NCBI GenBank assembly: GCA_043754515.1
Contig: JAYUUO010000229.1
Location: 1-27,768, forward strand
Length of the DNA: 27,768 bases
From: Armatimonadota bacterium
GTDB taxonomy: Bacteria; Armatimonadota; Armatimonadia; Armatimonadales; Armatimonadaceae
Direction of reading: 5' to 3'
Shown here piece by piece: positions 1 to 8,430 of this stretch. How positions within the stretch are numbered: the stretch's first letter is position 1; every line of letters begins with the position of its first letter. A model generated the notes under the pieces. The model saw only the letters and a program-made list of their open reading frames with translations. It had not been told where the DNA came from and did no database searches. Position numbers and translations under genes: made by a program.

Positions 1-551
1 AACGTTGTTTCTAAGACGCCTGCCCGCGCTCCGCCGATCCCGAGTGACCAGGCGAGTGCCTTCTCCCGCGCTTTGCCGGAGTAGTCCTGCTCAATCGCGA
101 TCAGGCACGGGACCCCCTTGCCTTCCAGGTACACGCGACGCACGAGGTGCCCCGGCCCCTTTGGCGCGACCATGAAAACGTCCACGAAATCCGGCGGGAC
201 GATCTGCCCGAAATGGATGTTGAAGCCGTGTCCGAACACGAGCGAGTCGCCCGGTTTCAGATTTGCGGCGATGCTTTCTTTGTACACGTCGCCTTGAAAC
301 TCGTCGTTGATCAGGATCATGATCACGTCCGCTTTCGCAGCGGCTTCGGCGACGGGGAACACCTGGAAGCCGTCCATATGCGCCTTGTCTGCCGACTTGC
401 CTTCGCGCAAGCCGACGATCACGTTCATGCCCGAGTCGCGCAGGTTGAGCGAGTGCGCATGCCCCTGCGAGCCGTAGCCGATCACCGCGAGCGTTTTGTC
501 ACGCAAGATGTCCAGAGAAGCGTCTGCTTCATAGTAAACTTTAACTGCCAT
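1..551 (-). CDS. ilvC: Ketol-acid reductoisomerase, 5' part (runs off the window)
   Basis: Not in the ORF track. Manual translation from ATG 551 gives [41 protein letters not shown], the IlvC GYGSQG NADPH-binding motif. GAAGGA RBS at 561-566. Confidence 0.97.
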   Translation of the reverse strand, partial: MAVKVYYEADASLDILRDKTLAVIGYGSQGHAHSLNLRDSGMNVIVGLREGKSADKAHMDGFQVFPVAEAAAKADVIMILINDEFQGDVYKESIAANLKPGDSLVFGHGFNIHFGQIVPPDFVDVFMVAPKGPGHLVRRVYLEGKGVPCLIAIEQDYSGKAREKALAWSLGIGGARAGVLETT

Positions 552-568
552 TTGTTGTTATCCTTCGA

Positions 569-1276
569 TCAATAGTCGTCTAGCGACGTGTAAGACCATT
601 CAATTCCTTCGAGAAGCTTGAGAATGTGAATCAAGCCATCGCGTGTCCTTGCAACCAGTTGCATGCCCGAGTTTCTGGGAGCGTATATCAACACCCCGTC
701 GGAGCAAAAGTAATCCGAGTCGTTCAAACTCTTATAGAGTGACGGCGAATAATGTTCGCGCAAAAGTTCTGTGGTCTCGCCGGGTGTTTCAGCTTAGTCC
801 GTAGCGGATGCCACCCATTCGCCAGCGATAACCGTCTCATAGGCTATCATTTCAAGTGCGAAGGGGGACACATTTGTGCATTCGTGTATATCTTTGCCGT
901 CCGCGACCGGGTTTAAGATCATGTAAACCATCGGGTTCGGATCGTGCAGTTCGCTATCGGAAACAGCCATCAACGAGACGCACTGATTCTCCTCCCATAC
1001 AACCAACCACCCGTTCTCGACATCTAGATCCGCCAGCCGTACAAGCCGGTTGTATTCCCGTGTGATATCATCGCGCTTCCCAACCAGCATGTACAGATCA
1101 CGCAACGCTTCCGGCAGGCGGAACCCGAGTCGCGCTTCCGTCGCCACAATCTCGGCTTCCGTATTGCCGTCGCCGGGTTCAAGTGGTCGGTGCCATTCCG
1201 CGACGAACGCTCTAAGGTCGGCGTAGCGATCAATCAGTCGCGGTTCGGGTTTGTTTGGCATATTGGTGCCTGTCAT
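569..1276 (-). pseudogene. SMI1/KNR4 (SUKH) family protein interrupted by an in-frame TAA
   Basis: ORF 794..1276 has EIVATEARLGFRLPEALRDLY...VVWEENQ (SUKH-like). After the TAA at 794-796 the frame continues (AETPGETTELL) directly into ORF 569..763. Confidence 0.75.
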
Positions 1277-1507
1277 TGCGCCGCGATCAGGCTACGGAGC
1301 GTACCTCCACCGTAAAGCGCGATAGAGTTTTGGACGCGTAAGAAATCGGCATCGCAAGTAACAAAAGCGTCCACTTTATCCTCCACAGCCGTCAAGAACA
1401 CTCAACGCACCGATAGAGCAAAGAGCAGAGGTCGCATAGTCAATCACAGCGGAGGCATCCCATGCTACACGACTTGCCGCCCGCAACCGTTCCACGAACC
1501 CGCTCAT
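1273..1507 (-). pseudogene. PIN-domain (VapC-like) toxin remnant, internally deleted and frameshifted
   Basis: ATG 1507 gives MSGFVERLRAASRVAWDASAVIDY (PIN N-terminal acidic motif). A second frame gives LTAVEDKVDAFVTCDADFLRV...LIAAQ* (PIN C-terminal T-x-D-x-D-F motif), ending at TGA 1273-1275. Only about 78 codons in total. Confidence 0.72.
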
Positions 1508-1766
1508 TGCGCATCACGGTCCGCGCGAATCATTTCCGCAACCGTCAGCGAATCGCCATGGACTTCACGCATCAGGCGATCCTCCTTCGCAAAACCGGGG
1601 GAGGTGTTCTCACATCCCTACCAACCGACCGTACATCTCGTTTCCAGATACTGATGGCGACGGCTTCGCTGACAGTATCCGTAAGGAGAGATTCCTTATC
1701 TGGCATGGTTTCAAGCTCCTCGGCGACCGTGTCGGGAACATTGACAATGAAAGTAATCGTTGCCAT
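1504..1766 (-). pseudogene. Putative antitoxin (VapB-like), frameshifted
   Basis: MATITFIVNVPDTVAEELE...RTPP shifts near the C5 run (~1597-1601) into GFAKEDRLMREVHGDSLTVAEMIRADRDAQ*. Its TGA overlaps the PIN-gene ATG (ATGA), and the IRADRD tail resembles VapB C-termini. Confidence 0.55.
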
Positions 1767-1769
1767 TTT

Positions 1770-2162
1770 TTATGAATCAAATCCCTTCTTCGGACGCGGG
1801 GGCGGCAGACGCAACGCCGGTTGTAGCGGTGCCCCACTATTCCTAGAGCCGCCCCTACCGTTCGCCGACGCGATCGTGGACAGCCGCGAGGTCGCCGCGT
1901 TTTGTAGCGTCAGCGTCAGCCGCGTCTCGTGCTCCTGTCTGCTCCCGAACCGCAACGCGACCAGACGACGGCTCATGCCGCTTAGAGTCGCGGCAAAGCG
2001 CGAATCCGCGTTCCGCGCGTCAATCACCACGTAGTGATGACCGTTACGGAAAGCGCGGTATATCGTCCCCGCCTCGCCCGTGTTCACGACGTCGTACGTC
2101 AGGAAGTGGGTCAACACATCCATCACCCCATCCAGGTCCTCGATTTCAGGTTCACTGGCCAT
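1770..2162 (-). CDS. Hypothetical protein (130 aa)
   Basis: AAGGAG RBS before ATG 2162, co-oriented in the operon, stop 3 nt before the next ATG. Confidence 0.7.
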   Translation of the reverse strand: MASEPEIEDLDGVMDVLTHFLTYDVVNTGEAGTIYRAFRNGHHYVVIDARNADSRFAATLSGMSRRLVALRFGSRQEHETRLTLTLQNAATSRLSTIASANGRGGSRNSGAPLQPALRLPPPRPKKGFDS

Positions 2163-2272
2163 TTCGTTGCTCCTTGATCACGGGTTGCGCAGCGGTTCAA
2201 GTGCCTCGGCGAATGTCCGCGACAGAATGCCGAGAAGTGTCGGCGACACGGGCGCGACAGCGGGACCCGCGT

Positions 2273-3082
2273 CTAGCCGGGTGTTTCCTCGTCGTCTCCG
2301 CTCTTCTTCTGCTCGCGGAACTGCTTCATCATTTGCGCGATGCGTGTCCCGATTTCGGCCAAATATGCGTCGCGTTCCGCAACCGTGTCCCATTCCTGCA
2401 CCCGGATCAGCGTGTCCTTGAGTGTCGCGCGCGACGCCCGGTCGTCCGGATTGTCGAGGCGTGCCTCATCCGCCCGGTCGTCGCCGATGAAGTAGGCGTG
2501 CCCTTCGGCATCGGTCGCGGTGTAGAAACGTATCCGGTTGATCGGGGGCGAGTCTGCATCGTTTATGCCGGGTCGCTGGTGTGGCGTTAGATCGAGAAAA
2601 CGCTGGATCAAGTCGGTGTCGAATGGCAGCACGTACGACTTCAGAGACGAATTCTCGCGCGGGTCAGAGGATGGATTTTTTGCTCCCCTGAGCGCGTCTG
2701 TCCCCGAGTTGAGCGTGCGGTAGATACGATCCGAATGCTCCCAAATGCTCTCGGTTATTCGGGACGAGTCCGGGGCCGTTGTGCTCTCGTAACTCCCCGC
2801 GAGACCCAGCCGCTCCTCCATCGCCTTGATCGCGGCCTCCGCCTTCTTGTCGATCTCGATCTGGGCTACAGACACAAATACCGGATCATTGCCCGTTAGT
2901 AGCGAGTGTCGGAGCGCGGCGGCGAGTGCCTCAATCCGGCGTAGCGTTAGAATTAGCGTCCCGGCAAGCTCCCCCTGCGCGTCCGACAGGAACAGGCTCT
3001 CCCCCATCAGGCGGCGCAGTTCCCGGAGATGTGCTTCGACCTCGTACGCCGCCGCATCAAATGATTCGTTATGTTGTGCCAA
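2273..3082 (-). CDS. Hypothetical protein (~269 aa, helical N-terminus)
   Basis: AAGGAG RBS precedes the in-frame TTG at 3082 and the frame is long and open. The C-terminus may be frameshifted into ...SPTLLGILSRTFAEALEPLRNP* ending at 2178. Confidence 0.7.
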   Translation of the reverse strand: MAQHNESFDAAAYEVEAHLRELRRLMGESLFLSDAQGELAGTLILTLRRIEALAAALRHSLLTGNDPVFVSVAQIEIDKKAEAAIKAMEERLGLAGSYESTTAPDSSRITESIWEHSDRIYRTLNSGTDALRGAKNPSSDPRENSSLKSYVLPFDTDLIQRFLDLTPHQRPGINDADSPPINRIRFYTATDAEGHAYFIGDDRADEARLDNPDDRASRATLKDTLIRVQEWDTVAERDAYLAEIGTRIAQMMKQFREQKKSGDDEETPG

Positions 3083-3086
3083 CCGT

Positions 3087-3275
3087 TTACGCTCCTTTCG
3101 CCCGCGACATCCGACCCCACACGGTCCCAACCCCGAAGCCGACCGCGACGAACAACGCCGTGTCCGTCAGCAGATTCGCCACCGTGTCCGCGCCCAGCCA
3201 CGCGCCGATGGCACCGTACACGAACCACATCGCCACCAGTAGCAACACGACGCCGAACCCGAACGCCCACTTCAC
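3087..3275 (-). CDS. Small membrane protein with two predicted TM helices
   Basis: 62 aa with two hydrophobic segments, filling the gap between ilvN and the next gene. Confidence 0.6.
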   Translation of the reverse strand: MKWAFGFGVVLLLVAMWFVYGAIGAWLGADTVANLLTDTALFVAVGFGVGTVWGRMSRAKGA

Positions 3276-3285
3276 GCGTCCGAGC

Positions 3286-3777
3286 CTATACTGTCCGCGA
3301 ACCGCGCATCATGGCGATCCGCCCGGTGCGCACCAACTCACGGATGCCGAAGTGGGCGAGTTGCTTCTCGAAAGCGTCTATCTTGTCGCCGCCCCCCGTA
3401 ACCTCGATCACGTACGTTTTGTCGGCGACGTCAATCACGCGCCCCCGGAAGATGTCTATCAGTTGCATCAGTTCCAGTCGCTGGCCCGTCTCGGCGTTCA
3501 CCTTGACCAGCGCGAGTTCGCGGGCGAGCATCGGCGTGTCGAGATAGTCGTATACCTTGCGAACGTCGAGCAGTTTGTGGAGTTGCTTGGTGATCTGCTC
3601 CAGCACGTCGCCGTCGCCGCCGACCACGATGGTCATGCGCGATACCAGCGGGTCATCCGTGATGGACACGGTGAGCGACTCGATGTTGTAGCCGCGCCGG
3701 GCGAATAGGCCGGAGACGCGGGCGAGTACGCCCGGCTCGTTATTCACGAGCACCGTGATCGTGTGCGTTTCCTGCAC
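3286..3777 (-). CDS. ilvN: Acetolactate synthase small (regulatory) subunit
   Basis: HTITVLVNNEPGVLARVSGLFARRGYNIESLTV ACT domain and C-terminal ELVRTG. GGAGGA RBS before GTG 3777 (alternative in-frame ATG at 3825). Confidence 0.96.
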   Translation of the reverse strand: MQETHTITVLVNNEPGVLARVSGLFARRGYNIESLTVSITDDPLVSRMTIVVGGDGDVLEQITKQLHKLLDVRKVYDYLDTPMLARELALVKVNAETGQRLELMQLIDIFRGRVIDVADKTYVIEVTGGGDKIDAFEKQLAHFGIRELVRTGRIAMMRGSRTV

Positions 3778-3821
3778 GCGCAATGTTCCTCCGAGAGTCG
3801 CGGGATAGCCCGTCGCGTTTG

Positions 3822-4511
3822 TCATAGTTCCTCATTCTCCCATGCGCCGCGTAGTGCCGCTTCGCGGGGGTGTCCGGCGATTAGCCGTAATATTTCCGTC
3901 TCGTCCGTGCCATCCGCGCACGCACGGGCGATCTCCCAGTCGAGTGCCGCGTCTTCGGCGTCTACGTTCCGGACCACTTCCGCTATCGCCTCGTGCCCGA
4001 TGTGAGCTTTAAGTAGCCATTCGGTGTCGCGCAAGAACGCTTCCCGGTGTGCGTTCCACTGTCCCGGCGGCGGCACCATCCCGGTAACCTGCTCCTGCAA
4101 GCGCGGCGGCAACTTTGCATACAGTCGCTTCGGTGAGACGATCACCAGCGGTTCCGGCGCGAACGGCAACCGGTCCCAGCGCATCAGGAACGGCTCCAGA
4201 CACGGCCCGATGTCGTCCGCCCCGCCTTTACTCGCCCGTTGCGGCTCCCGGCAGACATCGGTGCGCCACCCCCCCATGTCCCGATACGTCGCCAGAAACC
4301 GCGCCGGATCGTTCGCCACCTCCTCGCCGATAAACGGCACGAACGCCCGCGTCAGGTAGCGATAAAACAGCGAGTCACCGAAGTAAAAGAACCGCTCCGG
4401 CGGCGGGGCCTCGCCCAGTATCACGAGGTGAACCGTCGCCGGTCTGTATACCTCGCTCGCTAGTCCCCGACGCCGATCCCACTCCCGCGCCGTTCTTTCC
4501 TCCGTCGTCAT
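3822..4511 (-). CDS. Hypothetical protein, possible uracil-DNA-glycosylase-like fold
   Basis: 229 aa. VILGEAPPP...FFY resembles UDG-superfamily motif A (GEAP). ATGA overlap with the upstream gene. Confidence 0.6.
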   Translation of the reverse strand: MTTEERTAREWDRRRGLASEVYRPATVHLVILGEAPPPERFFYFGDSLFYRYLTRAFVPFIGEEVANDPARFLATYRDMGGWRTDVCREPQRASKGGADDIGPCLEPFLMRWDRLPFAPEPLVIVSPKRLYAKLPPRLQEQVTGMVPPPGQWNAHREAFLRDTEWLLKAHIGHEAIAEVVRNVDAEDAALDWEIARACADGTDETEILRLIAGHPREAALRGAWENEEL

Positions 4512-4684
4512 CGGTTCGCGGCGATGGGTCCCGCGCTAACGGGGGCTTTCTGTCGGTTCGCCGCCCATGCCAGCACCCCGCCCAGTGCCACCGATCCGAC
4601 CGCGATTCCCAGCATGTCGGGCGCGGGCGGCGGGATATAGCCGAGGTACCAGACTCCTGGCGCGACTTCTTGCGGTTTCGTCAT
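4508..4684 (-). pseudogene. Internally deleted paralog of the adjacent MBL hydrolase (58 aa, TM tail retained)
   Basis: N-terminus MTKPQEVAPGVWYL matches the neighbour's MTPEEIAPEVHRL, and it continues directly into YIPPPAPDMLGIAVG...AWAANRQK, matching the neighbour's YLPPAPFDTLPLVAG...AWMAKRK. GGGAGG RBS. Confidence 0.6.
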
Positions 4685-4739
4685 AGTAAAAAACCCTCCC
4701 GCGCATCGTTTACCCGTTCGCGTCCGAATCAACCGCGCG

Positions 4740-5666
4740 TCAAGCGTCGTCTCGCTTTCGTTTCGCCATCCATGCCCCGAAGCCGACAGCCACCACGACA
4801 GAGGACAGCAGAACTCCCGCCACCAACGGAAGTGTATCGAAGGGAGCGGGCGGCAGGTAGCGCACCCCCTGCTCGTCGAACTCGGCGGGCTCCGGCACGT
4901 ACCGCCCGGCCTCCGGCACCCGGAAGCGGTTGCGGAGCCATATCATCCGCGCCGACGCGTCGGCACCGGTGACCGGCTCGCCGTGTCCGCACGCGATCAC
5001 TGTCGGTTTGAGTTCCGCGATCCGGGCGAGTGACTTCCGCGCCGCGTACCAGTCCGGCGTGAGCGACACCGGCGGTCCGGCTAACACCGTTTTGCCCGAC
5101 AGCATCCCCACCACCGAATCCACTGGCATTGTCGTGATGGCATCCCCCGCGATTAGCACGCCGTCTTGCGCACGCCAGTACGACACGTGCCCCGCCGAAT
5201 GCCCTGGCGTCTCGATGTAGTGCCACGCCTCTCCGAGTCCCGGCACCGCGCCGCCTTCCGGCAACGCTTGCACGGCGCCTCCGAAGTCAACCCCGTGTGT
5301 CATGTGGGGTGCGAACCGCATCGCGAACGCCAGTGGTCCCTCCGCTGTCGGGTCATTCGGCGGATAGTCGCTCTTGCCGGTCAGGTACGGCAGTTCCATC
5401 TGGTGCGCATAGATCGGCACATCCCAGTACGTCGCCAGTGCCAGCGCGGAGCCGACATGGTCGCCGTGCCCGTGCGTCAGCAGGATCGCCTCTGGACGCG
5501 CCCCTATGCCGAACACCTGCTCGGCGGCGTCCTTGATGTACTCGAACTGTCCCGCGATTCCGGTGTCAATCAGTACCCAGCCGTCGGCATTCCCGGCGAG
5601 GTAGACGTTGACGAACCCGCCGATGCACAGGCGGTGAACTTCGGGGGCGATCTCCTCCGGCGTCAC
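4740..5666 (-). CDS. MBL-fold metallo-hydrolase with C-terminal TM anchor
   Basis: LIDTG, THGHGDHVG (HxHxDH), TPGHSAGH, GDA and CGHG motifs, plus a hydrophobic C-terminus. Confidence 0.93.
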   Translation of the reverse strand: MTPEEIAPEVHRLCIGGFVNVYLAGNADGWVLIDTGIAGQFEYIKDAAEQVFGIGARPEAILLTHGHGDHVGSALALATYWDVPIYAHQMELPYLTGKSDYPPNDPTAEGPLAFAMRFAPHMTHGVDFGGAVQALPEGGAVPGLGEAWHYIETPGHSAGHVSYWRAQDGVLIAGDAITTMPVDSVVGMLSGKTVLAGPPVSLTPDWYAARKSLARIAELKPTVIACGHGEPVTGADASARMIWLRNRFRVPEAGRYVPEPAEFDEQGVRYLPPAPFDTLPLVAGVLLSSVVVAVGFGAWMAKRKRDDA

Positions 5667-7543
5667 CTAGCCACGTCCACCACGGAAGTGCCTCGCTCGC
5701 TCGGCGCGGAAGCCGCCGCGCTTTCCCCCTCCGCCTCAATATAGGCCCCTTCCATTGCCACGGAACCCGCGACAGAGGAACCGGCGTGGACACTGCTCGG
5801 CGAGTAATGGCATGTGCTCCCCAGTTCGTCGGCGGGATCCGCCGGGCACCGGACTACCATTTCGTGGATCGTCTGACCGGACGGGATCATCGGGTAGACA
5901 TTGGTCTCTTTCGCGACGCGGAAGTCCATCACTACCGGCCCCGGAGTCTCCATCGCCTTCTGTATCGTCGCCTCGACGTCCCCCACTGTTTCGCAGCGCA
6001 TGCCGGTACAGCCGTAGGCTTCCGCGAGCTTCACGAAGTCCGGCGCCTGCTCCAGGTTGACGTTTGAGTAGTGCTTCTCCCAGAACATCTCCTGCCACTG
6101 GCGCACCATTCCGAGGAACTGGTTGTTGAGGATCGCGATCTTGACCGGCAGTTTGTAGATGCTCGCGACCATCAGCTCCTGGATGCACATCTGGATCGAG
6201 CCATCGCCTGATATGCACCAGACAGGCGTCTCGCGCCCCAGCCCGAAGCACGCCCCGATCGCGGCGGGCATTCCGAAGCCCATCGTGCCGAGGCCGCCCG
6301 ATGTGATGAACTGCCGCTGCTTGCGCATCCCCAGGTGTTGCGCAGCCCACATTTGATGTTGGCCCACGTCAGTAGTGACCACCGCGTCATTACCGGTGAG
6401 TCGGGCGATCTCGCGGATGACGTATTCTGCGCTCGGTCTGCCTTCCGCGTCCGCCGCGCCGACCTCCATCGGGAAGTTTTTCTTCCAGAGGCCGATCTCT
6501 TCATGCCAGGCTTGCAGATCGGAGCGGGGTTCGACATGCTTCAGTATCTCAACGAGTGCCGCCCGGCAGTCGCCGACGATAGGCACTTCGACCCGGCGCA
6601 CCTTGTTCATCTCGGCGGGGTCAATGTCAATGTGGATGACTTTGGCGTCGGGTGCGAACGCCGACACCTTGCCGGTCACGCGGTCGTCGAAGCGCGCCCC
6701 GACCGCTATCAGAAGGTCGGTGGCATGGACGGCGTGATTCGCATAAGCAGTACCGTGCATCCCGAGCATGCCGAGCGAAAGTTCGTGATCTTCGGGAAAG
6801 ACGCCTAAGCCTTGCAAAGTGGTAGTGACCGGGATCCCGACCCGCTCCGCCAGCTCGCGTATTTCCACGTGCGCACTGGCGGCTTTCGCGCCGCCGCCGG
6901 CGTAAATCACCGGCTTCCGGGCCTCGGCGATCAGGTCGGCGGCGCGCTTTATCTGCACCGGGTGGGCGCGGAAGTCGGACTTGAACGTTGCCATCACGAC
7001 CTTCTGCGCTTCATCGGGATCATACTCCACGTAGGCACGGGAAACGTCCACGGGTATGTCAATGAGAACCGGGCCGGGGCGGCCGGAGCGGGCGAGGTGG
7101 AACGCCTCATGCACGATGCGCGGCAACTGGTTCACGTCCTTGATCAGCCAGTTGTGCTTGGTGATCGGCATCGTGATCCCGGTGATGTCGGCTTCCTGGA
7201 ACGCGTCCTTGCCGATGACCTCGGTGCGCACCTGCCCGGTGATAGCGACCATCGGGATCGAGTCCATCATCGCGTCGCAGATCGGCGTGACGAGGTTCGT
7301 CGCGCCGGGGCCGGAAGTGCCGATGCAGACGCCGACTTTGCCGGTGGCGTGCGCATAGCCTTCCGCCATGTGTCCGCCGCCCTGCTCGTGGCGCACCAGG
7401 ACGTGGTGGAGGAACTCGCACTGATAAATCTCGTCGTAAAGCGGGATGACCGCGCCTCCAGGGTAGCCGAAGATGGTATCCACGCCCTCGCGTCGCAAAC
7501 ATTCGAGCAGGGCTTGCGCCCCGGTTTTTCGTACTTTAGCCAT
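5663..7543 (-). CDS. ilvB: Acetolactate synthase large subunit (biosynthetic)
   Basis: FGYPGGAV, RHEQG, TSGPGATN, GMLGMHG, DVGQHQMW, GDGS...NN TPP motif and MVRQWQ. AAGGA RBS before ATG 7543. Confidence 0.98.
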   Translation of the reverse strand: MAKVRKTGAQALLECLRREGVDTIFGYPGGAVIPLYDEIYQCEFLHHVLVRHEQGGGHMAEGYAHATGKVGVCIGTSGPGATNLVTPICDAMMDSIPMVAITGQVRTEVIGKDAFQEADITGITMPITKHNWLIKDVNQLPRIVHEAFHLARSGRPGPVLIDIPVDVSRAYVEYDPDEAQKVVMATFKSDFRAHPVQIKRAADLIAEARKPVIYAGGGAKAASAHVEIRELAERVGIPVTTTLQGLGVFPEDHELSLGMLGMHGTAYANHAVHATDLLIAVGARFDDRVTGKVSAFAPDAKVIHIDIDPAEMNKVRRVEVPIVGDCRAALVEILKHVEPRSDLQAWHEEIGLWKKNFPMEVGAADAEGRPSAEYVIREIARLTGNDAVVTTDVGQHQMWAAQHLGMRKQRQFITSGGLGTMGFGMPAAIGACFGLGRETPVWCISGDGSIQMCIQELMVASIYKLPVKIAILNNQFLGMVRQWQEMFWEKHYSNVNLEQAPDFVKLAEAYGCTGMRCETVGDVEATIQKAMETPGPVVMDFRVAKETNVYPMIPSGQTIHEMVVRCPADPADELGSTCHYSPSSVHAGSSVAGSVAMEGAYIEAEGESAAASAPSERGTSVVDVAR

Positions 7544-8018
7544 GAGTTTGATTTCCTTGGAAGGGCGATTGCCCGTTGACACTGGCGGCGCCAGTCGGCT
7601 GATTCAAGCGATAAATGAAAGGTTTTTCCGATGAAGTGTTGATGCGCCGAACGCGGTGGCCGTTGACATATTCGACCCTGCCGTAACGCTGTCGCATCGT
7701 TTGTACGTTTCTCGATTGTGGGCTGACGATGGCGACATCACTCAAGGTCAGACCGGCTCGCTCCTCGTCCGTCATCGCGTAGAAAACGTCGTGAAAGACG
7801 CCTGCGGTTTTACGTAGCCCGTCGTCATCTCGCAGTGGGGTCGCGACGAATAACTCCCGATGTTCATTGTCATCCGACATCGCCCAGTAAGCATCAGTCA
7901 CAGGGACGTGAACATCATTGAGGCGGGCCAGGAAGTCGGTCCCTACCGTTTCCGCCAACTGGTAGTCCTGCCGGGTGTCGAAGTCTTCTTCATTATTTAC
8001 CACGCTTGCTTTATCCAT
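7536..8018 (-). CDS. HEPN-associated protein (putative antitoxin partner)
   Basis: 160 aa with AYW...ELFVATPL..DG...FIYRL, resembling proteins I recall downstream of this type of HEPN gene. Its start overlaps the HEPN gene end. Confidence 0.6.
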   Translation of the reverse strand: MDKASVVNNEEDFDTRQDYQLAETVGTDFLARLNDVHVPVTDAYWAMSDDNEHRELFVATPLRDDDGLRKTAGVFHDVFYAMTDEERAGLTLSDVAIVSPQSRNVQTMRQRYGRVEYVNGHRVRRINTSSEKPFIYRLNQPTGAASVNGQSPFQGNQTHG

Positions 8019-8426
8019 TCTAGGACGCCGTCCTGCTGGTCGGCGATCGCAACAACAAGTTCACGGGCTTCGATAGCACGCGCGGTCTCGTAACGTGACT
8101 GCTCGCTCCATCTTTCAACCGTCGTCCAGTTTTCCTCAAGATTTGAATTGTTTCTGCGCTGAGCATCAAGTTCATCTTTATAGTCGCGCCAATTGAACCA
8201 AAGACTTGATGTTATGGGTAAAAAAGTTCGCTTTATTGAAAGTCGGGGCGTTAAAATCAGGGTAAGCATATTCGCCTTGGTTTCTAGCGATGACTGCTTT
8301 CAGCGCACATTCCACGGCATAGCCTGCCATATAATACGACCCGGCATCGTTAACACCCGTCGCCAGCAACGCCTTCGCATCCATCAGGCGCATCTCGGCC
8401 AATAATTGCAACTCGCTACGGTTCAT
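7997..8426 (-). pseudogene. HEPN-domain protein (toxin-like), +1 frameshift
   Basis: MNRSELQLLAEMRLMDAKALL...YYMAGYAVECALKA...FTHNIKSL stops at CTA-TAA (~8178). Removing one base restores L-KDELDAQ...WSEQSRY...GVLEWIKQAW*. Confidence 0.8.
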
Positions 8427-8430
8427 AGAC

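Noticed and set aside
147..575. 142-aa plus-strand ORF and many similar long antisense ORFs (e.g. 6812..7579, 16773..17660, 27056..27658)
   Set aside because: They are shadows of well-conserved genes on the opposite strand, as expected in GC-rich DNA.
8178..8181. Programmed frameshifting or stop read-through as the explanation for the split genes
   Set aside because: No slippery heptamer or stimulatory structure was seen, and the lesions are heterogeneous (indels, TAA, TAG, deletions), which fits decay better.
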